The notes under the pieces: generated by a model
The model's input: only the letters and a program-made list of their open reading frames with translations
What the model was told of the DNA's origin: nothing
The model's database searches: none
Part shown: in pieces, positions 24,689 to 29,089 of the stretch
Numbering within the stretch: position 1 is the first letter of the stretch
Layout: every line of letters starts with the position of its first letter
Program-made: the position numbers and the translations under genes
NCBI GenBank assembly: GCA_016202725.1
Contig: JACQOD010000055.1
Coordinates: 1 to 29,089 of the forward strand
Source: Candidatus Aenigmatarchaeota archaeon
GTDB taxonomy: Archaea > Aenigmatarchaeota > Aenigmatarchaeia > QMZP01
Reading direction: 5' to 3'
Length of the DNA: 29,089 bases

Positions 24689-25297
24689 ATGGCGGGCGCA
24701 GATTTTCGCGGGGCCGAGGCCCTCCTCCGCAGGGAGGGGGAGGACCTGGTCAAGGACCGGATCCCGAAGGGCTATAGGCTGCCGGAGCTGGACCTCCGGC
24801 TGCGGAAGCAGCGGACCCGCATGGAGGCCTCGCTCCTGGCCACGGCGGCCCGGCTGGGCGTGCCGGTCCCCCGGGTGCGGGAGGTGGGGGACACCACCAT
24901 CCGCATGGAATGGCTTCCAGGGGAACGGGTGAAGGACATCCTGGACGTCCTCCCCCCGCAGGAGCAGCGCCAGCTTGCCGCCCAGATCGGGGAGGCCGTG
25001 GCCCGCCTGCACGCCGGGGGGATCGCCCACGGGGACCTCACCACCTCGAACATGATTTATAAAGACAAGCGCCTCTACTTGATAGACTTCGGGCTTGCCC
25101 GCATGTCCCACAGGGCTGAAGACCAGGCCGCGGACCTCTTCCTCCTGGCGGAGGCCCTGCAGGCAGGGCACTTCCCTGTCCGGGACGCGGTCTGGGCTAC
25201 GATCTTAAAAGCGTACAAAGCCAAGTATGCCCATGCGGCGCCGGTGCTCGCCCAGGTGGCGCGCATCCGGGCGCGGCGGCGCTATCGGAGCGAATGA
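24689..25297 (+). CDS. bud32: KEOPS kinase Bud32
   Basis: GAEA, K.RIPK.YR.PELD..LR..RT..EA, HGDLTTSN, IDFGL motifs. Confidence 0.92.
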   Translation: MAGADFRGAEALLRREGEDLVKDRIPKGYRLPELDLRLRKQRTRMEASLLATAARLGVPVPRVREVGDTTIRMEWLPGERVKDILDVLPPQEQRQLAAQIGEAVARLHAGGIAHGDLTTSNMIYKDKRLYLIDFGLARMSHRAEDQAADLFLLAEALQAGHFPVRDAVWATILKAYKAKYAHAAPVLAQVARIRARRRYRSE

Positions 25298-25995
25298 TGC
25301 AGAAGAGATGGAAGCGGGGAAGGCGGGATGACCGCCGGCGGGACGAGGAGGCCAGGCCCTGGTATCCCCGCACCAAGCTGGGGAAGCAAGTCCAGAAGGG
25401 GGAAATCACCTCGCTCGCCGAGGTCCTCACCAGGGGCGAGGTCATCCTCGAGCCCGAGATTGTCGATGCGCTGGTCCCTGAGCTGAAGGAGGAGATCATC
25501 CAGATCGGCGGCAGCCCCGGCAAGGGGGGAGGGGTCCGCCGGACGCCCACCAAGCGCACCGCGCGCATGCACAAATCAGGCCGCCGGTATAAAATGTCGG
25601 CCATGGTGGTGGTGGGCGACGGCAAGGGCCTCCTGGGCCTCGGCAAGGCCGCCTCGCGGGAGAACCGCACCGCCATCTCCAAGGCCACCCTCCAGGCCAA
25701 GCTGAACATGATGATGATCCGCAAGGGCTGCGGCTCGTGGGAGTGCGCCTGCGGGGGCGCGCACAGCATCCCCTTCAAGGCCACTGCTTCCTGCGGAAGC
25801 GTGTCGGTTTCGCTCATCCCCGGACCCAAGGGCCTGGGCGTGGTGGCGAACGAGACCTGCCGGCGGGTCCTCGGCCTGGCCGGCATCCAGGATGTCTGGG
25901 TCCAGACCTTCGGCCAGACCAGCACGCGCGCGAACCTGATCACCGCCCTGTTCGGGGCGCTCTCCCGCCTGAACCATACCAAGGGAGGCCTGTGA
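25294..25995 (+). CDS. rps5: 30S ribosomal protein uS5 (archaeal)
   Basis: W.PRTKLG..V..G.I, RMHKSGRR, GCGSWEC, P.GLG.VA motifs. Confidence 0.96.
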   Translation: MMQKRWKRGRRDDRRRDEEARPWYPRTKLGKQVQKGEITSLAEVLTRGEVILEPEIVDALVPELKEEIIQIGGSPGKGGGVRRTPTKRTARMHKSGRRYKMSAMVVVGDGKGLLGLGKAASRENRTAISKATLQAKLNMMMIRKGCGSWECACGGAHSIPFKATASCGSVSVSLIPGPKGLGVVANETCRRVLGLAGIQDVWVQTFGQTSTRANLITALFGALSRLNHTKGGL

Positions 25996-25996
25996 C

Positions 25997-26323
25997 ATGT
26001 TCGCGGTGGTCCGGATCCGGGGGTCCACGGAGACCTACGTGACCGTGGAAGACACCCTCCGCATGCTCAAGCTCAGGAAGGTCAACCACTGCGCCCTGGT
26101 GCCGGACACGCCCTCCTACCGGGGGATGCTCAAGAAGGTCGAGAACTGGGTGACCTGGGGCGAGGTCTCCCCGGAGTTGGAGCAGGAGTGCAGGGAGAGG
26201 GGAACCCCGGTCCGGCTGCACCCGCCCTCCCGCGGGCATGCCTCGATTAAGCTGCACTTCCCCAAGGGGGCCTTGGGCTACCGGGGGGACAAGATCAACG
26301 ACCTGCTGCGGAGGATGGCATGA
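25997..26323 (+). CDS. rpl30: 50S ribosomal protein uL30 (short archaeal form)
   Basis: AVVRIRG, TL.ML.L.KVNH, GML.KV..WVTWGE, RLHPP, LGYRG.KIN.LL.RM. Confidence 0.92.
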   Translation: MFAVVRIRGSTETYVTVEDTLRMLKLRKVNHCALVPDTPSYRGMLKKVENWVTWGEVSPELEQECRERGTPVRLHPPSRGHASIKLHFPKGALGYRGDKINDLLRRMA

Positions 26324-26775
26324 AGGACGCCACGCTCTGCTACCTCTTCAAGGACGGCAAGGTCCTCCTGCAGAAGAAGGCTGAAGGCAAGTTCGGCGGG
26401 GGGAAATGGAATGCCCCGGGGGGGAAAATAAAGTCCATGGAGACCCCGGTCAAGGCAGCCATCCGCGAGGTTGCGGAGGAGACCGGTCTCAAAGTGGAGA
26501 AGGTCCAGCCCGCGGGGGTCCTGCAGTTCTTCGACGAGGGCGGGCACGTCTTCCTGGTCCATGTTTTCAGGAGCGACCGGTTCTCGGGCGAGCCCCGCCC
26601 CTCTCGCGAGGGGGAGCTGCAGTGGTTTCCCGCCACCCGGCTCCCGCTGGAGGAGATGTGGGAGGACGACCGCTACTGGCTTCCCGCCCTGCTGGAAGGC
26701 AAGCCCTTCCGGGGGTCCTTCCTGTTCACCAAGGGGTTCAAGTCCCTGGTCAAGCACGAGGTCGTGACGGCATGA
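26320..26775 (+). CDS. NUDIX hydrolase (8-oxo-dGTPase/MTH1-like)
   Basis: WN.PGGK...E....AAIREV.EETGL Nudix box; LP..EMW.DD..WLP. Confidence 0.9.
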   Translation: MKDATLCYLFKDGKVLLQKKAEGKFGGGKWNAPGGKIKSMETPVKAAIREVAEETGLKVEKVQPAGVLQFFDEGGHVFLVHVFRSDRFSGEPRPSREGELQWFPATRLPLEEMWEDDRYWLPALLEGKPFRGSFLFTKGFKSLVKHEVVTA

Positions 26776-26800
26776 ACGCGTCCTTGGGGAGGAGAGGGGC

Positions 26801-27298
26801 ATGACCACCCGCAAGAAAACGACCAAACGCAAGATGCGCGGGAAACGGACCTATGGCAGGGGCTCCCACAAAAAAGGGAGGGGGGGCGGCTCCCGCGGCG
26901 GCAGGGGCATGGCCGGGTCCTTCGGGCACAAGAGGCTCTGGGCCCTCAAGCAGGATCCCGGGCATTTCACCAAGCGGAAATTCGTGTCCCTGCGCGGCAA
27001 GCAGGTCCAGGAAACCCTCCAGAGCATCAACCTCCGGGACATCTCCGAGGACTGCGAGCTCCCCGGGTACAAGGTCCTGGGCGGCGGGGAATTGAAGCGC
27101 CCGGTCACGATCAGGGCCTCGGCCTTCTCCGCGCAGGCGATGGAGAAGATCACGAAGGCGGGCGGCAGGGCGGTCGTCTTGGGAGAAGAGGACGACATCG
27201 ACAAACCCAAGGATGAGCAGCCCGCGGAGCAGGAGTCCCCTCCCGCCAAGGGCGAGGACGACGAGGACGACGAGGATGAAGAGGACGAGGAGGAGTAG
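26801..27298 (+). CDS. rpl15: 50S ribosomal protein uL15 with acidic tail
   Basis: [34 protein letters not shown]. Confidence 0.95.
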   Translation: MTTRKKTTKRKMRGKRTYGRGSHKKGRGGGSRGGRGMAGSFGHKRLWALKQDPGHFTKRKFVSLRGKQVQETLQSINLRDISEDCELPGYKVLGGGELKRPVTIRASAFSAQAMEKITKAGGRAVVLGEEDDIDKPKDEQPAEQESPPAKGEDDEDDEDEEDEEE

Positions 27299-27336
27299 TT
27301 AAGTCCGCGCTCCCCTAAAGATCCAGAGGATCCCCC

Positions 27337-28869
27337 ATGGCACTCCAGCAAGCCTACCTTGCGTTCCTGCAGAAGCTCCCCGGCGTCCGGGGGCCCACGG
27401 GCAAGCTCACCTTCAAGGAGAAGATGAAGTGGACCGGGCTCATCCTGGTCCTCTACTTCCTGCTGGCGCAGCTCATCGTCTACGGGGTCGCCCCCTCCAG
27501 CCTCGAGCAGCTCCGGTTCCTGGAGATCCTTCTCGGCTCCTCGTTCGGCTCGCTGATGTCGCTCGGCATCGGCCCGCTCGTGACCGCGTCCATCATCCTC
27601 CAGCTGCTGGTCGGGTCGAAGATCCTCTCCTGGAACCTGCAGACCACGGAGGGGAAGCAGATGTTCCAGGGGACCCAGAAGCTCCTGGGCATCCTGTTCT
27701 CCTTCATGGAGGCCGTCATCTTCGTCAGCATGGGGGCTGTCCCTGCGGCCTCGCCCAGCCTGGCAGGGCTGGTCATGCTCCAGCTCGCCGCGGGCGGGAT
27801 CCTGGTCATCTTCCTGGATGAAGTGATCTCCAAGTGGGGCTTCGGTTCCGGGATCGGCCTGTTCATCGTGGCGGGCGTGGCCAAGTCCATGCTCGTCCGG
27901 GCCTTCAACCCCCTGACCCAGGCCGGCCTCTTCCCCGGCGCGGGCGCTCCTCCGGCAGGCCTGATTCCCTTCGCCGTGACTGCCGTGGCAACGGGGGAGC
28001 TGCTGAACGCCTTCCTGGCCCTGCTGCCGGTGATGGCCACCATTGTGGTCTTTTTCCTGGTCACGTACGCGAACGCCATCAAGGTGGAGATCCCGCTGGC
28101 ATTCGGCAACATACGGGGCTTCGGGAGGCGGTGGCCGCTGAAGTTCTTCTACACCTCGAACATCCCGGTCATCCTGGTGGCGGCCCTGCTCGCGAACATC
28201 AACCTCATGGGCACCATGCTCGCCAACAACGGCAACCCCCTGCTCGGGGCGTTCGACGCGCAGGGCAATCCCACGGGAGGGCTGGTCTTCTTCCTCACGC
28301 CTCCGCGCACGGAGGCCCTGGGCGGGCTCATGGTGAGCGCGGGGATCTTCGCCCTCCTGGGGGCGATCCTGGCCTCGTTCACGGGGAAGGGGAAGTTCTC
28401 GCTGGTGGCGATCTTCGCCGCGCTCGGGGGGGCCGTCTGGGTGCTCGCCGCTGCGGGGATGGGGATCACCTCCCTGACCTTCATCCCGGCGATCGACATC
28501 GCCCGGGCCATCACCTACACCCTCGTCCTCACCGGCGGGGCGGTCCTCTTCTCGGTCTTCTGGATGTCCACGTCGGGGATGGATTCCCGCTCGGTCGCGG
28601 ACCAGATCTCCGGCATCGGGATGCAGATCCCCGGCTACCGCCGGGATCCGCGGATCATGGAGACGGTCCTGAGCCGCTACATCCCCGGGCTCACGGTCCT
28701 GGGGGGAGCTGCGGTGGGCCTCCTGGCCGCGTACGCGGACTTCACCAACGCGATCGGGACCGGCACCGGGATCCTGCTTGCCACGCTCATCATCTTCCAG
28801 CTCTACGAGCAGCTGGCCTCCCAGCACCTGGACGACATGCACCCCGGCCTGCGGCGCTTCTTCGAGTAG
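27337..28869 (+). CDS. secY: Preprotein translocase SecY (Sec61alpha-like)
   Basis: GSLM.LGIGPLVTA.I..QLL, KWG.GSG..LFI, YTSNIP, QIPG.R, GTG.GILLA motifs. Confidence 0.97.
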   Translation: MALQQAYLAFLQKLPGVRGPTGKLTFKEKMKWTGLILVLYFLLAQLIVYGVAPSSLEQLRFLEILLGSSFGSLMSLGIGPLVTASIILQLLVGSKILSWNLQTTEGKQMFQGTQKLLGILFSFMEAVIFVSMGAVPAASPSLAGLVMLQLAAGGILVIFLDEVISKWGFGSGIGLFIVAGVAKSMLVRAFNPLTQAGLFPGAGAPPAGLIPFAVTAVATGELLNAFLALLPVMATIVVFFLVTYANAIKVEIPLAFGNIRGFGRRWPLKFFYTSNIPVILVAALLANINLMGTMLANNGNPLLGAFDAQGNPTGGLVFFLTPPRTEALGGLMVSAGIFALLGAILASFTGKGKFSLVAIFAALGGAVWVLAAAGMGITSLTFIPAIDIARAITYTLVLTGGAVLFSVFWMSTSGMDSRSVADQISGIGMQIPGYRRDPRIMETVLSRYIPGLTVLGGAAVGLLAAYADFTNAIGTGTGILLATLIIFQLYEQLASQHLDDMHPGLRRFFE

Positions 28870-28885
28870 GGGGGATACTATCCCC

Positions 28886-29089
28886 GTACGTGTTTACGCC
28901 CCGCGCCGCCAGAACCCTGCGGGGCCTTGGCCCGCAGATGAATGGCGGCAAGCACTTCTGAGCGCGGGGCCGGGGTCGCGGGGATGGATCGCCATCACGG
29001 CCGCAGGAATGCTGTCCACTGGACGAGTTCAGTCGGCGTCGAACGCCCGCCGCTGTAGCGGCGGGTAGTTTACGTACCCTCAATATGCC
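28886..29089 (+). mobile_element. Family 1 subfamily F MITE (left part), interrupted and truncated by the window end
   Basis: Removing 28898-29073 gives GTACGTGTTTACGTACCCTCAATATGC, 25/27 identical to 20459-20485. Confidence 0.78.
28898..29073 (+). mobile_element. 176-bp IS200/IS605-like non-autonomous element (PATE / orphan TnpB right-end RNA candidate)
   Basis: Inserted 3' of TTTAC and ends in TTTAC; no TIRs; right end GAACGCCCGCCGCTGTAGCGGCGGGTAGTTTAC has a subterminal hairpin; strongly self-complementary interior. Confidence 0.65.

Overview
GC-rich archaeal chromosomal segment. A DPANN-type host is inferred from DUF5654, a CxDxDGG surface protein, a short uL30 and non-canonical tRNA introns. 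Housekeeping genes: carS, tmk, an Adk-Ndk fusion, rfcS, AK6, htpX, trm112, sua5, proS, and a bud32-uS5-uL30-NUDIX-uL15-secY run. An accessory stretch (~9.9-24.7 kb) holds CARDB surface proteins, two AbrB/PIN pairs, PadR, AKR, MgtC, SRPBCC, VOC, GT2-TPR and Fic. Two layers lie outside the ORF track. (1) Four tRNA genes carry 8 BHB-type introns. tRNA-Ser(UGA) has three, one of 93 nt with box C/D motifs. tRNA-Ser(GCU) has an intron at 8/9 and a duplicate of its 5' acceptor strand just upstream. (2) About 13 miniature mobile elements of four classes (8-bp, TWA and TA target duplications, plus an IS200/IS605-like mini-element), including two nested insertions. The IS605-like element sits inside a MITE, and its putative TnpB guide flank matches another MITE copy 8.6 kb away. 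No transposase, integrase, CRISPR array or rRNA is seen.
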